Source of the DNA: Bacteroidales bacterium
Lineage (GTDB): Bacteria; Bacteroidota; Bacteroidia; Bacteroidales; WCHB1-69
Direction of reading: 5' to 3'
Assembly (NCBI GenBank): GCA_017454945.1
Contig: JAFTCA010000010.1
Location: 161,619 to 225,618 of the forward strand
DNA length: 64,000 nt
Shown here: in pieces, positions 53,983-64,000 of the stretch
Numbering within the stretch: the stretch's first letter is position 1
How the letters are laid out: each line of letters opens with the position of its first letter
Translations under genes and position numbers: made by a program
Notes under the pieces: model-generated
The model's database searches: none
The model's input: the letters and a program-made list of their open reading frames with translations, nothing else
Told to the model about the DNA's origin: nothing

Positions 53983-56900
53983 TTAAAAATCTGTACCTAT
54001 CGAGAACATCAGCATGCCCCTCTTCTTGTAAATCTTGTAGTCTTCCACGCCCCAAGCATAGTCGAGTTTGAGGAAATAACCAAGCACGCTGACGCGCAGG
54101 CCCAACCCGAAACCGCCAATGAACGGCTCAACCTGACGATGCACTTTGGCTGAGATGGAGCCGCTTTCCACAATGCGGGTATAGAGACTGTTCTCTTTCG
54201 AGTAGGGCGTAAGTCCCGTCCAGGCCGTGCCAAAGTCGCCGAACAGCACCAACTGCAACGATTTGAGGAAGTTGCTCGAGATGCGCCGTGCGGTGAACAT
54301 CTGCACAATGGGCATGCGCAGCTCGGTGCTCAGCACCACAAACGAAGTGCCATTGCGAATATTCTGCTCAAAGCCGCGCATGTTGGTGGCCAAAGTCTGG
54401 TAGGCATATCCTTTGGAAGGATCCACCCAAATTTCGCTGTTGAACTTGGCCAGAATCCAGTTGTCGATGCCACCCATGTAATATACCAGACGGCTGCTGC
54501 CGAAGTTGGTGCTTCCCGCCAAACGGGTGGCCCACGTCATGTTGCGGAAGACCTTCACCGACTTGCGGGCATCGAAGCCCACCACCAGCAAGTTCTTCAT
54601 ATCCTTGTCGATACGATGGTTATATTCGGCAAACACCTTGATTTTGCTGCCGCGCCACAGGTTGACAGCCAACTCCTTCGACGAGTCGAAAACATACTCC
54701 AGCTTGACACCGCCCCACACATGCCTCTGGTCGGGATTTTGTAACGAATAGTCGTTCAAGCCCGTCATAATGAAGGTCTCGTAGCGCCCTGTGAACTGCA
54801 GGCGCAAACTGTTTGTCTTGTTAAACGGATATTTGAGAATGTAGAACAAGCTGTTATTGTGCTGCTTATAGAGATATTGGTCCGCATACGATTTCAGCGA
54901 CTGCCGATAAACCACTAGCTGGCGGTCGAGGCGGCGCGACAGGTTCTCATAGCTCAGCATCACCTCGTTATTATCCAGATTGAAGGATATTCTGAAGCCC
55001 GCCGAAATGCGGTAATCCTCAAACAAGTCGTGTATGCCCACCATCACGAGGGCGTTGAGACCCGCATTGAGATAAATGGGGTTCTTGTCACCGGTAAACT
55101 GCTGGTAGGTGGTATTCAAAAAACTGAAGTCGGCTTGTGTAACCAACTTGTTAACAGTATATTGCACATAATAATTTCTCGGCACCTGCTGGATAAACTC
55201 GAAACCGTCGGCCAAATTACCGCTTAAGCCTTTAGGTTGGCGCGCCGTACGGAGCGAATCGCCACGTGCCTGCAGGTCGCTGCGGCGCACTTGATAGAAG
55301 CCGTGCTTCGTACTGCCCGACTTGCGGAGACTCTTCTTAGCCGCCGCCAGGCTATCGCGCTGACGCTGCTCCGCACGCATCTGCCGCTGGAACGACGACG
55401 GTGCCGCTGGCTGCGACAGTTTCTCCTCAACAGGGTGGATATAGATCTTCTTCACGTTGCCGTTAAGCACAATGTCGGCCACCTGCCCCGACGCAGCATC
55501 GTAGTCGTGCTCGAGAATGCTGTAAGCATTGTCGGTCAGTGGCGACACCTTGGCCGAGTAGGCATAGTGGATGGCTGTGTCAATGCGGCTGATGGTGCTG
55601 TCGAAACGAGCTGAGTAGCGGTTGACAATACCCGTCTCGTCTCCCAAAAAGAGAATACCCTCTGCGCCCTCCTTTACCTCCGTCTCGTTGGCGTAGGGCG
55701 TGTTGGTCACTCTAAGCAACTGATTATCTTTATGTTTATAGTCATAAAGGAATAAATCATACGACGTTTGGGGTTTGGCGGTGAAAAATGTCTCCTGGGT
55801 GTTCAGCGTATCGTGATTCCTATTGGAAGAAAAGATGATTTTGCGCTGATTATCAATAAATTTCGGGGCATAATCGTCAAAAACATCCTTGGTGACATAC
55901 TGAATGGAGCGCGCCTTGAAACTGTAGAGGAAGATGTCCGACTGGCCGTTTTTAAAACCCGAGAAGAGCAGGAGTTTGCCATCGTCGGAGAAGGAGAAGT
56001 CGGTGATTTTCTCCACATCTACCAGCAGGCGGTCGTCCAATTTACCGCTCTCCACATCGTAGGGATAGTAGTAGCAGCGCCCTTTGTCCTCGATGGTGAA
56101 ACCCAGCATGCCGCCCTGCGGGTGCCAGTTGATGAGCGGGAAGGTCAGGTCGGGGTTGTCCTCCGTCTTCTGGAACTTGCGGAAAATCACCTTGGCTTTC
56201 TTCATCTCTGCCGTCTTCACCCACACCTTAATCTGTCCCGCCTCATTGGTCGAGTAGGCGTAATCCTCACCGTTGGGGGCTATCTTTATCTGCGCGTAAT
56301 CGCGTTTGCGCTTGGCTTTCTGAACAATGCCCACCTCTTCGGGCATCGTCCGTTTCATATCCTTCTTATACAGAGCATAATAGTAGCGATACCAATTGGC
56401 TAGCAGCTGCCTATAGCCGACGCCCGTGCCGTAGTAGAAGCCCTTCTCGATGCTTTTCGAAGAGCGGGTGGCGTACAAGATGGTCGAGATGGTGTTTTCG
56501 CCGTAGATGTCGGCCACATATTTCCAGAACGAGTGGCCGGCGTAGGTCGCCTCGCGGGGCGAAAGCTCGTCAAAATCGGCGTAGCGCTGCGTCAGGATGC
56601 CGTCCTTGACATGCGCGTCAATCAGGCTGTTCCAGTGCTCGCCGATGTAGGAAGCCAGGCCGCTGTAATACCAGTTGGGCACGTTAAAGAGCGTGGCGGC
56701 GGAGATATTGGAGCCGACGCTTTGGCCTTCGACAATCAGGCGGGCGTAGATGTTGGCGATGCCGCTGCGAATCATCGCATCGAAGTTGCGGTGGTTGCCG
56801 TCGAAATAGAGATAGGCCTTGGTGCCGTAGATGTTGGTCACGCCACCTTGATTGTAGAAATCGTCGTCATCATAGGCAAAATTCGACTCCCGGAAATCCG

Positions 56901-57222
56901 ACTGGGTGTTATAGACGATGAACTGCAGTTTCTTGGTTGGTGCAAAGTTGAACAGCCGCTCAATCTCATCCATAAACTGAGGCGCTTTGAACATCGTATA
57001 TTGCGCCAACATCTTGCCTGTAGGATAAAAATAGACATCAAACTGGGTGGTGCGGTAATAGGTCCAATTGAATTTCTGATACTGCACCCTGTTTTTGCCG
57101 AAAGAAAGCTGCGAACCGTTGTAAAACTGCGCCTTTAACGGAAACGAAGAGACCACCAATCCCAATATCAACAAAGTGATAATGAAAATTTTATAATTGG
57201 AATTGTGAATGAATCGTTTCAT
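53983..57222 (-). CDS. Large outer-membrane protein: TolB-like beta-propeller region plus a C-terminal Omp85 (D15) barrel
   Basis: Signal peptide, PD40-like repeats (FSGFKNGQSDIFLY, FSSNRNHD), and a C-terminal ...GFGLGLR...LDYAWG...FSIGTDF. Confidence 0.7.
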   Translation of the reverse strand: MKRFIHNSNYKIFIITLLILGLVVSSFPLKAQFYNGSQLSFGKNRVQYQKFNWTYYRTTQFDVYFYPTGKMLAQYTMFKAPQFMDEIERLFNFAPTKKLQFIVYNTQSDFRESNFAYDDDDFYNQGGVTNIYGTKAYLYFDGNHRNFDAMIRSGIANIYARLIVEGQSVGSNISAATLFNVPNWYYSGLASYIGEHWNSLIDAHVKDGILTQRYADFDELSPREATYAGHSFWKYVADIYGENTISTILYATRSSKSIEKGFYYGTGVGYRQLLANWYRYYYALYKKDMKRTMPEEVGIVQKAKRKRDYAQIKIAPNGEDYAYSTNEAGQIKVWVKTAEMKKAKVIFRKFQKTEDNPDLTFPLINWHPQGGMLGFTIEDKGRCYYYPYDVESGKLDDRLLVDVEKITDFSFSDDGKLLLFSGFKNGQSDIFLYSFKARSIQYVTKDVFDDYAPKFIDNQRKIIFSSNRNHDTLNTQETFFTAKPQTSYDLFLYDYKHKDNQLLRVTNTPYANETEVKEGAEGILFLGDETGIVNRYSARFDSTISRIDTAIHYAYSAKVSPLTDNAYSILEHDYDAASGQVADIVLNGNVKKIYIHPVEEKLSQPAAPSSFQRQMRAEQRQRDSLAAAKKSLRKSGSTKHGFYQVRRSDLQARGDSLRTARQPKGLSGNLADGFEFIQQVPRNYYVQYTVNKLVTQADFSFLNTTYQQFTGDKNPIYLNAGLNALVMVGIHDLFEDYRISAGFRISFNLDNNEVMLSYENLSRRLDRQLVVYRQSLKSYADQYLYKQHNNSLFYILKYPFNKTNSLRLQFTGRYETFIMTGLNDYSLQNPDQRHVWGGVKLEYVFDSSKELAVNLWRGSKIKVFAEYNHRIDKDMKNLLVVGFDARKSVKVFRNMTWATRLAGSTNFGSSRLVYYMGGIDNWILAKFNSEIWVDPSKGYAYQTLATNMRGFEQNIRNGTSFVVLSTELRMPIVQMFTARRISSNFLKSLQLVLFGDFGTAWTGLTPYSKENSLYTRIVESGSISAKVHRQVEPFIGGFGLGLRVSVLGYFLKLDYAWGVEDYKIYKKRGMLMFSIGTDF

Positions 57223-57306
57223 TTCCGGTATGGCAAAATAAGTGGGCTAAATTACAAAAAATAATGAAAGGCTTTGGTTTTGAGGGGTTGCAATGTAAAA
57301 TTATTG

Positions 57307-57314
57307 TATATTTG
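57307..57314 (+). promoter_or_regulatory. -7 box TATATTTG upstream of pyrH
   Basis: Exact TAnnTTTG 16 nt before the ATG at 57330, which supports the shorter start. Confidence 0.5.
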
Positions 57315-57329
57315 CCACAAAATTTTGGA

Positions 57330-58040
57330 ATGCAAGTTAAGCGTATTTTATTGAAATTCAGTGGTGAATCTTTGGCAGGTCAAGAATCTTACGGTTTAGA
57401 CTACCAAGCGGTGAATCATTTTGCAGAAGAAATCAAATCGGTCGTGGACCAGGGTGTTGAAGTCGGTGTGGTTATCGGCGGCGGCAACATCTTCCGCGGT
57501 GTGAAAGGTGCCGGCAAGGGCTTCGACCGCCGTCAGGGCGACTATATGGGCATGCTGGCCACCATCATCAACGGCATGGCCATGCAAAATGCGCTGGAAA
57601 GTATGGGCTTGAAAGTCAAGCTGTTCTCGTCATTGGAAATCGAAGGCGTGGTGGAAAAGATCTTCTTCAAGAAGGTGGTTGAGCACTTGCAGAAGGGCTA
57701 TGTGGTCATCCTCGCTGGCGGCACGGGCAATCCGTTCTTCACCACCGACTCGGGTGCAGCCCTGCGCGCTGTGGAAATCAAAGCCGACGCACTCATCAAG
57801 GGCACGCGCGTGGACGGCGTTTACACTGCCGACCCCGAAAAGGACCCCACCGCCACCAAGTACGACGAGCTGACCTTCACCGAAGCCTACGAACGCAACT
57901 TGAACATCATGGACATGACTGCTTTCACCCTCTGCAAAGAGAACAACATGACAGTGTATGTCTATAATGCCAATGTCAAGGGCAACCTGCTCAAGATGCT
58001 TTCGGGCGAGAAAATTGGAACCAGAATCATAAACAAATAA
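57330..58040 (+). CDS. pyrH: UMP kinase
   Basis: KRILLKFSGESL..., GGGNIFRG, GTGNPFFTTD. Confidence 0.95.
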   Translation: MQVKRILLKFSGESLAGQESYGLDYQAVNHFAEEIKSVVDQGVEVGVVIGGGNIFRGVKGAGKGFDRRQGDYMGMLATIINGMAMQNALESMGLKVKLFSSLEIEGVVEKIFFKKVVEHLQKGYVVILAGGTGNPFFTTDSGAALRAVEIKADALIKGTRVDGVYTADPEKDPTATKYDELTFTEAYERNLNIMDMTAFTLCKENNMTVYVYNANVKGNLLKMLSGEKIGTRIINK

Positions 58041-58043
58041 GCT

Positions 58044-58457
58044 ATGGACGAGAACACCAAGGTTGTGGAACAACCTGAAATGATTGACATCAAAACATAT
58101 CGAACCGCCAACAAGCGCGCCCACTTCAAACGCCATATCGCTATTTATTTCCTGCTGATGATTGTGCTGTGGGTACTCTATTTTTTCATTTTCCGCGAAC
58201 CTAAAACTCCTGAAAACGCGGATGCCCCAATGGGCCTTTTCCTCAAATGCACTCTTTTTGTCACCATCATCTGGACGGTGCTCCTCTTCTTCCATTACCT
58301 GTTTGTCTATCGCCTCAACGCCACCATGGTTGACCGCGAAATCAAGAAGTTGCAGAAGGAGATCAAGAACAAGAAAATGCTGTTGGAAAAACTGAAAGAG
58401 GAAGCCAAGCAACTCGCCAATCCCGACAAAACCGACAATCCTATTAACGAAGAATAA
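58044..58457 (+). CDS. 2TM-domain membrane protein with a C-terminal coiled coil
   Basis: Two hydrophobic helices, then KEIKKLQKEIKNKKMLLEKLKEE. Confidence 0.6.
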   Translation: MDENTKVVEQPEMIDIKTYRTANKRAHFKRHIAIYFLLMIVLWVLYFFIFREPKTPENADAPMGLFLKCTLFVTIIWTVLLFFHYLFVYRLNATMVDREIKKLQKEIKNKKMLLEKLKEEAKQLANPDKTDNPINEE

Positions 58458-58476
58458 GTAATCTAATATCTTTACA

Positions 58477-59040
58477 ATGACTGAAGAAACAAAAAAATGC
58501 CTGGACCAGGCTAAGGAAAGCATGAACGCCGTGATTGCCTTCTACGATAAGGAATTGCAGAAAGTACGCGCCGGCAAGGCCTCTCCGCAAATGCTGGAGG
58601 GTCTCAAAGTGGACTATTACGGCAACCCCACGCCTGTTGAGCAGGTGGCCAATATCAATACACCCGACGCCCGACAGATTGTCATCCAACCCTGGGAACG
58701 CAATATGCTGCCCGTCATCGAGAAAGCCATTCTGGCCGCCAACCTGGGCTTCACTCCGCAAAACACGGGTGAGTTCATCCGCATCGTAGTGCCCACACCG
58801 ACCGAAGAGCGCAGAAAAGAGCTCGTGAAGAAGAGCCGTCAGGATGCCGAGCAGAACAAAGTGAGCATCCGCAACATCCGCCGTACCGCCAACGATACCG
58901 CCAAGAAGCTGAAAGACAATGGTATCCCTGAAGATATGGTGAAGAAACTGGAAGGCGACATCCAGAAGATGACCGACGAGTTCATTGCCAAGATTGAAAA
59001 GATGGCCGACGCCAAAGAAAAAGAAATCATGACTGTATAA
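58477..59040 (+). CDS. frr: Ribosome recycling factor
   Basis: ...LQKVRAGKASPQMLEGLKVDYYG...P.TEERRKELVK... Confidence 0.96.
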   Translation: MTEETKKCLDQAKESMNAVIAFYDKELQKVRAGKASPQMLEGLKVDYYGNPTPVEQVANINTPDARQIVIQPWERNMLPVIEKAILAANLGFTPQNTGEFIRIVVPTPTEERRKELVKKSRQDAEQNKVSIRNIRRTANDTAKKLKDNGIPEDMVKKLEGDIQKMTDEFIAKIEKMADAKEKEIMTV

Positions 59041-59059
59041 TTTTATAAAACAACAAATT

Positions 59060-59437
59060 ATGAAAGCATTAGACAACTACAAATTCACAAAAGATCACGA
59101 ATGGATTACCATGGACGGCGACACCGCTATCATCGGCATCACCGCTTACGCCGCTGACCAGCTGGGCGACATCGTTTTCGTTGACATCAACACCGTGGGC
59201 GAAACCCTGAACAAAGAAGAAGTTTTCGGCACCATCGAAGCCGTTAAGACCGTTTCCGACATTTTCTTGCCCATTGGCGGTGAAGTGCTCGAGTTCAACG
59301 AAGCCCTCGAAGGCAACCCCGGCTTGATCAACTCTGACCCCTACGGCGAAGGCTGGATTATCAAACTGAAACCCGCTAACGTTGCAGAAATGAACGAGTT
59401 GATGGACGAAAACGCCTACAACGCACTGATCGGCTAA
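59060..59437 (+). CDS. gcvH: Glycine cleavage system H protein
   Basis: ...YTKDHEWI...IGIT.YAADQLGDIVFV... and ESVK-type lipoyl-Lys (EAVKTVSD). Confidence 0.93.
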   Translation: MKALDNYKFTKDHEWITMDGDTAIIGITAYAADQLGDIVFVDINTVGETLNKEEVFGTIEAVKTVSDIFLPIGGEVLEFNEALEGNPGLINSDPYGEGWIIKLKPANVAEMNELMDENAYNALIG

Positions 59438-59457
59438 TCCGCTGATTTTGTAATTCT

Positions 59458-59504
59458 AAAAGTGACAAGGTGCCAATTTTTCCGCATTTTGTCACTTTTT
59501 TTTT
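59458..59504 (+). terminator. Terminator after gcvH
   Basis: AAAAGTGACAA ... TTGTCACTTTTTTTT. Confidence 0.75.
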
Positions 59505-59533
59505 GCCAACATGAATTGCACGATAATTTTTTT

Positions 59534-59541
59534 TATCTTTG
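59534..59541 (+). promoter_or_regulatory. -7 box TATCTTTG upstream of the TonB-family gene
   Basis: Exact TAnnTTTG. It supports the ATG at 59584 as the start. Confidence 0.5.
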
Positions 59542-59583
59542 CAGCGTTATTATTGTGAGAACTATCTAATAAAAATAACCAAC

Positions 59584-60267
59584 ATGTTAGAGAAAAAAAC
59601 ACCAAAAGGCGATATCGAAAGCAAGAGAGGTTCCTTTATTCTCATTGGCTTGATTGTGGTGCTCAGCTTGGTTTACGCCGGCTTTGAACTCTTTGCCAAT
59701 CAGGATAAACAAGAACTCGTTGTGGAAGATATGGATGAAGTCATCATCGTGGAAGATGATGTATTGGCAACCGACCAGACACCTCCCCCGCCACCCCCTC
59801 CCGTAGCTCAACAACAAGAAGTCATCCTGAACATTGTGGAAGACAATATCAAGGTTAACACCGACTTTGACTTCTCACAGGACTTCGATGAGAACCTCGA
59901 AATTGAAGAGTATGTTCCCATTGACATCGTGGAGGAAGTGGTGGATGATACGCCTCCCGTGCGTTTCGCAGAGAAGATGCCCGAATTCATCGGAGGTATG
60001 GACGCTCTGTACGCCTTCCTGAGAGAAAATCTGGTTTATCCCGAGGTGGCCCGTAACAACGGTATCCAAGGTACCGCCGTTATCGAGTTCGTTGTGGAAA
60101 GAGATGGTAGCATCAGTAACGTGAAGACGCTGGTGCCCCTGTTCCCAGAATGCGACGCCGAAGCTATCCGCGTTATCAAGAAACTTCCCAAGTGGAAACC
60201 CGGTGAACAGATGGGCAAGCCCGTCCGCGTGTTCTACAACATCCCCGTACGTTTCACCCTGCAATAG
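59584..60267 (+). CDS. TonB-family energy transducer
   Basis: N-terminal TM, a Pro-rich PPPPPPP segment, and a C-terminal TonB domain (PEFIGG...YPEVARNNGIQGTAVIEFVV..DG). Confidence 0.85.
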   Translation: MLEKKTPKGDIESKRGSFILIGLIVVLSLVYAGFELFANQDKQELVVEDMDEVIIVEDDVLATDQTPPPPPPPVAQQQEVILNIVEDNIKVNTDFDFSQDFDENLEIEEYVPIDIVEEVVDDTPPVRFAEKMPEFIGGMDALYAFLRENLVYPEVARNNGIQGTAVIEFVVERDGSISNVKTLVPLFPECDAEAIRVIKKLPKWKPGEQMGKPVRVFYNIPVRFTLQ

Positions 60268-60291
60268 ACAATCTTATTTCCGAATATAATG

Positions 60292-60323
60292 AAAGGCCGA
60301 GGATTTTCACCTCGGCCTTTTTT
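60292..60323 (+). terminator. Terminator after the TonB-family gene
   Basis: AAAGGCCGAGG attttca CCTCGGCCTTTTTT. Confidence 0.8.
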
Positions 60324-60376
60324 CTGCGCATATTCGCTATTTCTGCGGGAAACTAACCTGTTTGCGCTTATTTTTG

Positions 60377-60384
60377 TATCTTTG
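60377..60384 (+). promoter_or_regulatory. -7 box TATCTTTG upstream of trpS
   Basis: Exact TAnnTTTG. Confidence 0.5.
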
Positions 60385-60425
60385 CGCCATCATAGTTAAT
60401 TCGTTATAATTTAAACCCAAACAAT

Positions 60426-61421
60426 ATGGACATTGTCGTTAGCGGAATCAGACCGACAGGACTTTTGCACCTCGGCAACTATTTCGGTGCTTTAAGGAAT
60501 TTTATCAAGATGCAGAATGAGAACCGCTGCTATTTTTTCATTGCCGACTATCATTCTCTTACCACCCACCCCAAAGCCGAACACCTGCATCAGAATATCC
60601 GCAATGTGCTGATTGACTACCTGGCTGCCGGCCTCGATCCCGAAAAAGCCGCCATCTACGTGCAGAGCGATGTACCCCAGGTCTGCGAGCTTAGCCTGCT
60701 GCTCTCTATGCAAGTGTATGTAGGTGAACTACAGCGCGTTTCATCTTTCAAAGAGAAAGTGCGCCGCCAACCCGACAATGTCAACGCCGGCCTGCTGAAC
60801 TATCCCGTGCTGATGGCCGCCGACATCCTGCTGCACCGTGCCGACAAAGTGCCCGTAGGCAAAGACCAGGAACAGCACCTGGAGCTGACGCGCGACTTTG
60901 CCCAGCGTTTCAACCATATCCACGGCACCGACTATTTCAAACTGCCCGTGGCCTACAATTTCGGCTCTGAGCTGGTCAAGATTCCCGGACTGGACGGCAC
61001 CACTAAAATGTCGAAATCTGACAACGAGAATTCGTGCATATTCCTCTCCGACGCGCCCGAAGTGATTAGGAAGAAAGTGATGAAAGCTGTGTCGGACGCC
61101 GGTCCTACGGAGCCCAACCAGCCCAAGCCGCAGGCTATCGAAAACCTTTTCACGCTGATGAAAGCCGTATCGGCACCCGAAACCCTGCAATTCTTCGAGG
61201 AACAGTACAACCAGTGCCAGATTCGCTACGGCGATATGAAGAAGCAACTGGCCGCCGACATCACCGCCTACATCGCCCCCATCTACGAGCGCATCCTTGA
61301 GCTGCGCAGCGATGACGACTACTTGCGCAAAGTGCTGCAACGCGGTGCCGAACAAGCCCGCGAAAGCGCAACTCAAACCATTCAAGACGTAAGAGAACTC
61401 ATCGGTATCAAACCTCTGTAA
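60426..61421 (+). CDS. trpS: Tryptophan--tRNA ligase
   Basis: SGIRPTGLLHLGNYFGA (HIGH-type) and KMSKS. Confidence 0.96.
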   Translation: MDIVVSGIRPTGLLHLGNYFGALRNFIKMQNENRCYFFIADYHSLTTHPKAEHLHQNIRNVLIDYLAAGLDPEKAAIYVQSDVPQVCELSLLLSMQVYVGELQRVSSFKEKVRRQPDNVNAGLLNYPVLMAADILLHRADKVPVGKDQEQHLELTRDFAQRFNHIHGTDYFKLPVAYNFGSELVKIPGLDGTTKMSKSDNENSCIFLSDAPEVIRKKVMKAVSDAGPTEPNQPKPQAIENLFTLMKAVSAPETLQFFEEQYNQCQIRYGDMKKQLAADITAYIAPIYERILELRSDDDYLRKVLQRGAEQARESATQTIQDVRELIGIKPL

Positions 61422-61427
61422 TACAGC

Positions 61428-62624
61428 ATGGCAAAAGACAAATTAGAAGCGCAGATTGAAGAAGAGAAAGCTGTCCTGCTGAGCGTGTGCACCTCCAACA
61501 CCACCCTCGAGCGAGTGATGGAGTATTTGGAAGAATTGGCATTCCTAGTGGACACGGCTGGCGGCGTGCCTGTGAAGAAGTTCGTGCAGAATCTCGCCTA
61601 CCCAGACCCGAAAACTTACTTCGGCAGCGGCAAACTGGATGAGGTTCATGACTATATCAAAGAGAACGACATCGACCTGGCTGTCTTCGACGACGAGTTG
61701 TCTCCATCGCAAATACGTAATATTGAGGCGGTTCTGCAATGCAAAATCTTAGACCGCACCCACCTTATCCTCGACATATTCTCGAAGCGCGCCCAGACAG
61801 CGCACGCCAAGGTGCAAGTGGAATTAGCTCAGTACCAATATCTTCTACCGCGACTAACAGGTATGTGGTCGCACCTGCAGAAACAGCGCGGCGGTATCGG
61901 CATGAGAGGTCCTGGTGAGAAGGAAATAGAGACTGACCGCCGTATTATTCGTGACCGCATCTCATTGTTAAAGAAAAAGTTACAAGATATTGACCGACAA
62001 AAACTAACACAGCGCAGCAACCGCGAGAAGTTTGTGCGTGTGGCCCTGGTCGGCTACACCAATGTGGGCAAATCCACCCTGATGAACCTCATCAGCAAAT
62101 CAGATGTGTTTGCCGAGAACAAGCTATTCGCCACCCTCGACACCACCGTCCGCAAGGTGGTCATCGACAACCTGCCGTTCCTACTATCTGATACTGTGGG
62201 ATTTATTCGCAAGTTGCCACATACGCTGGTTGAGTCTTTCAAATCGACATTGGACGAGATTCGCGAGACCGACCTGCTACTGCATGTGGTTGATATCAGC
62301 CATCCCGACTTTGAAGAGCAGATTGCCGTTGTGAACCAGACCCTTGAGGAGATCCACGCCGGCAACAAACCTGTCATCACCATCTTCAATAAAATCGACA
62401 ACTACCGCTGGATTGACAAAGACCCCGACGACCTGACTCCCAAACAGAAATGCAACATCACCCTTGATGAGTTGAAACAGACATGGATGGCCAAGGCTGG
62501 GACCAAAACGCTATTCATATCTGCCAAAACCAAGGAAAATATGGACGAGTTGCGTACGGTGCTGTATGAAGAGATCAAAAAACTGCACATTCAGATTTAC
62601 CCCTTCAACAATTTCCTGTATTAA
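61428..62624 (+). CDS. hflX: GTPase HflX
   Basis: HflX N-domain, LAQYQYLLPRL, GYTNVGKSTL, DTVGFI. Confidence 0.95.
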   Translation: MAKDKLEAQIEEEKAVLLSVCTSNTTLERVMEYLEELAFLVDTAGGVPVKKFVQNLAYPDPKTYFGSGKLDEVHDYIKENDIDLAVFDDELSPSQIRNIEAVLQCKILDRTHLILDIFSKRAQTAHAKVQVELAQYQYLLPRLTGMWSHLQKQRGGIGMRGPGEKEIETDRRIIRDRISLLKKKLQDIDRQKLTQRSNREKFVRVALVGYTNVGKSTLMNLISKSDVFAENKLFATLDTTVRKVVIDNLPFLLSDTVGFIRKLPHTLVESFKSTLDEIRETDLLLHVVDISHPDFEEQIAVVNQTLEEIHAGNKPVITIFNKIDNYRWIDKDPDDLTPKQKCNITLDELKQTWMAKAGTKTLFISAKTKENMDELRTVLYEEIKKLHIQIYPFNNFLY

Positions 62625-62644
62625 CCTGCAAAAATAGTTCACAG

Positions 62645-63499
62645 ATGGAATACTTCTTAGATATGCCCGAAGAGTACTCGAAAGGGGAAAATGCCCGCTA
62701 CGTGCTGATTCCCGTGGCATACGACGGCACCAGCACCTTCATCAAAGGTGCCGACAAAGGTCCGCAAGCCATCATCGACGCTTCCGACAGCATTGAACTG
62801 TATGATGTTCCTTTAGACATAGAAGCTTATTACGCAGGTATTTACACCGACAAGCCCTCGTTCGATTTTTCCACGCCCGATAGTATGGTACAATCGGTAT
62901 ATGAACGAGTGAAGCATTTCTTGCAGAAAAAGAAGAACATCGGACTGTTGGGCGGAGAGCACTCCATCTCTGTCGGTGCCATCAAAGCCATGAAGGAGCA
63001 ATATCCCACGCTGTCGGTACTGCAGATTGACGCCCACGCCGACCTTCGCGACGAGTACCACGGCTCTATTTACAACCACGCCTGTGTCATGCGGCGCGCA
63101 CAAGAGATGGCTCCAGTAGTGCAAGTGGGCATACGCAATGTCTGCATTGAGGAAAAGCCCCACATTGTAGAAGAAAACATCTTCTACGCCCATAAAATTT
63201 GGAATCGCACCGACTGGATGCAGCAAGCCATTGACCGCCTTAGCGACACCGTTTATCTCACCATCGACCTCGACGGCTTAGATCCGTCGGTGCTGCCCGC
63301 CACAGGCACCCCGCTACCAGGCGGACTGGGCTGGTACCCGTTCATGCAATTCCTTGAACTACTGTTTAAAACGAAAAAAGTGGTGGGCTTCGACGTAGTG
63401 GAACTCTGCCCCAACCCCATCAACAAAACCTCCGACGTGCTGGCCGCTGTACTGGTGTACAAAATCATCTCAATGTTTGAGGTGTATAGAGAACGGTAA
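62645..63499 (+). CDS. speB: Agmatinase / ureohydrolase family protein
   Basis: GGEHSIS, IDAHADLRD, TIDLDGLDPS. Substrate specificity within the arginase family is not certain. Confidence 0.8.
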   Translation: MEYFLDMPEEYSKGENARYVLIPVAYDGTSTFIKGADKGPQAIIDASDSIELYDVPLDIEAYYAGIYTDKPSFDFSTPDSMVQSVYERVKHFLQKKKNIGLLGGEHSISVGAIKAMKEQYPTLSVLQIDAHADLRDEYHGSIYNHACVMRRAQEMAPVVQVGIRNVCIEEKPHIVEENIFYAHKIWNRTDWMQQAIDRLSDTVYLTIDLDGLDPSVLPATGTPLPGGLGWYPFMQFLELLFKTKKVVGFDVVELCPNPINKTSDVLAAVLVYKIISMFEVYRER

Positions 63500-63551
63500 G
63501 AGAAAATGAGGTTACACGTACATATACAACTCAACATCATAGAAAATTACA

Positions 63552-64000
63552 CTAAAACTCCACAGTAACCACCAGCGGAAAATGGTCGGACGGATAGTGC
63601 AACGAACCATCTTTTGTGGGAAATTTCTTGCGCACCGTTTCGTAAGATGTGAGTGTAAAACCTGTAAGGAACATGTGGTCAATACGATATGTCCCTGTAG
63701 CTTCTGTATTGTGATTATTCATTGTACCTGGACCCTCTTTTGCCATCGGTCCTAAAACGCCCTTTCTTTCCGCTTCCTCGTAGGCATTAAACCATTGATG
63801 AACACGGCCATTACTGTTGTTGAGATATTGAATATAACCCTGATCTGTAGGTTTGGCGTTCATATCGCCGCAAATGATGGCGGGCACACCTGGTCCTACC
63901 AACGTTTCATCAGCATAATTCATCAAATTCTTGCAGTTTTCAGTGTTCACCTCAGGATCATCAACACCTTTAAACGATGTTACTTCAAGATGGGTTGAAA
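63552..64000 (-). CDS. Endonuclease/exonuclease/phosphatase-family protein, 5'-partial
   Basis: The frame stays open upstream of the ORF-track GTG start to the window end. ...ICGDMNAKP... and ...YPSDHFPLVVTVEF are typical EEP C-terminal motifs. Confidence 0.75.
   Translation of the reverse strand, partial: STHLEVTSFKGVDDPEVNTENCKNLMNYADETLVGPGVPAIICGDMNAKPTDQGYIQYLNNSNGRVHQWFNAYEEAERKGVLGPMAKEGPGTMNNHNTEATGTYRIDHMFLTGFTLTSYETVRKKFPTKDGSLHYPSDHFPLVVTVEF

Noticed and set aside
1-64000. Search for prophage, integrative element, IS, toxin-antitoxin, restriction-modification or other defence islands, and for tRNA or rRNA genes.
   Set aside because: No integrase, transposase, recombinase, phage structural, nuclease-helicase defence or methyltransferase signatures were seen in any ORF of at least 60 aa. 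No tRNA-like cloverleaf (T-loop GGTTCGAATCC-type) or rRNA segments were noticed in the intergenic regions. The window is core-genome-like apart from the repeat-flanked 29.3-33.1 kb stretch.

Overview
The window reads as a chromosomal, mostly housekeeping segment of a Bacteroidales genome, possibly Prevotellaceae-like. That assignment is inferred from recurrent TAnnTTTG -7 promoter boxes, T9SS C-terminal sorting domains, many lipoproteins and the gene content. About 60 protein genes are supported. They include infC-rpmI-rplT, coaX, lptC, ppdK, folD, metK, murC, pepT, smpB, tdk, tatAC, a HydABC-type [FeFe]-hydrogenase operon, floA/nfeD, pyrH-frr, gcvH, trpS, hflX and speB. I saw no rRNA, tRNA, CRISPR array, integrase or transposase.

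Main observations:
1. Two paralogous structured RNA genes of about 390 nt (3791-4187 and 41776-42164). Each has its own -7 box and intrinsic terminator, and compensatory base-pair changes separate the two copies. I cannot assign them to any RNA family from memory.
2. A radical-SAM/SPASM enzyme operon with three upstream lipoproteins that share a YGxPxAxY motif just after the lipobox.
3. A six-gene cluster organised as two triplets (DRTGG / GHKL / Fe-hydrogenase-like sensor, then DRTGG / PHP / GHKL), lying near the HydABC operon and a Tat-exported Fe-S aldo/keto reductase.
4. A family of modular short-word intergenic arrays at six loci. They share exact 18-22 nt strings and keep a fixed polarity relative to the downstream gene.
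5. A diverged inverted duplication of about 480 bp in an ORF-free gap.
6. A rod-like sRNA candidate just downstream of rplT.

All calls come from reading the sequence and the ORF track by eye. No searches were run.
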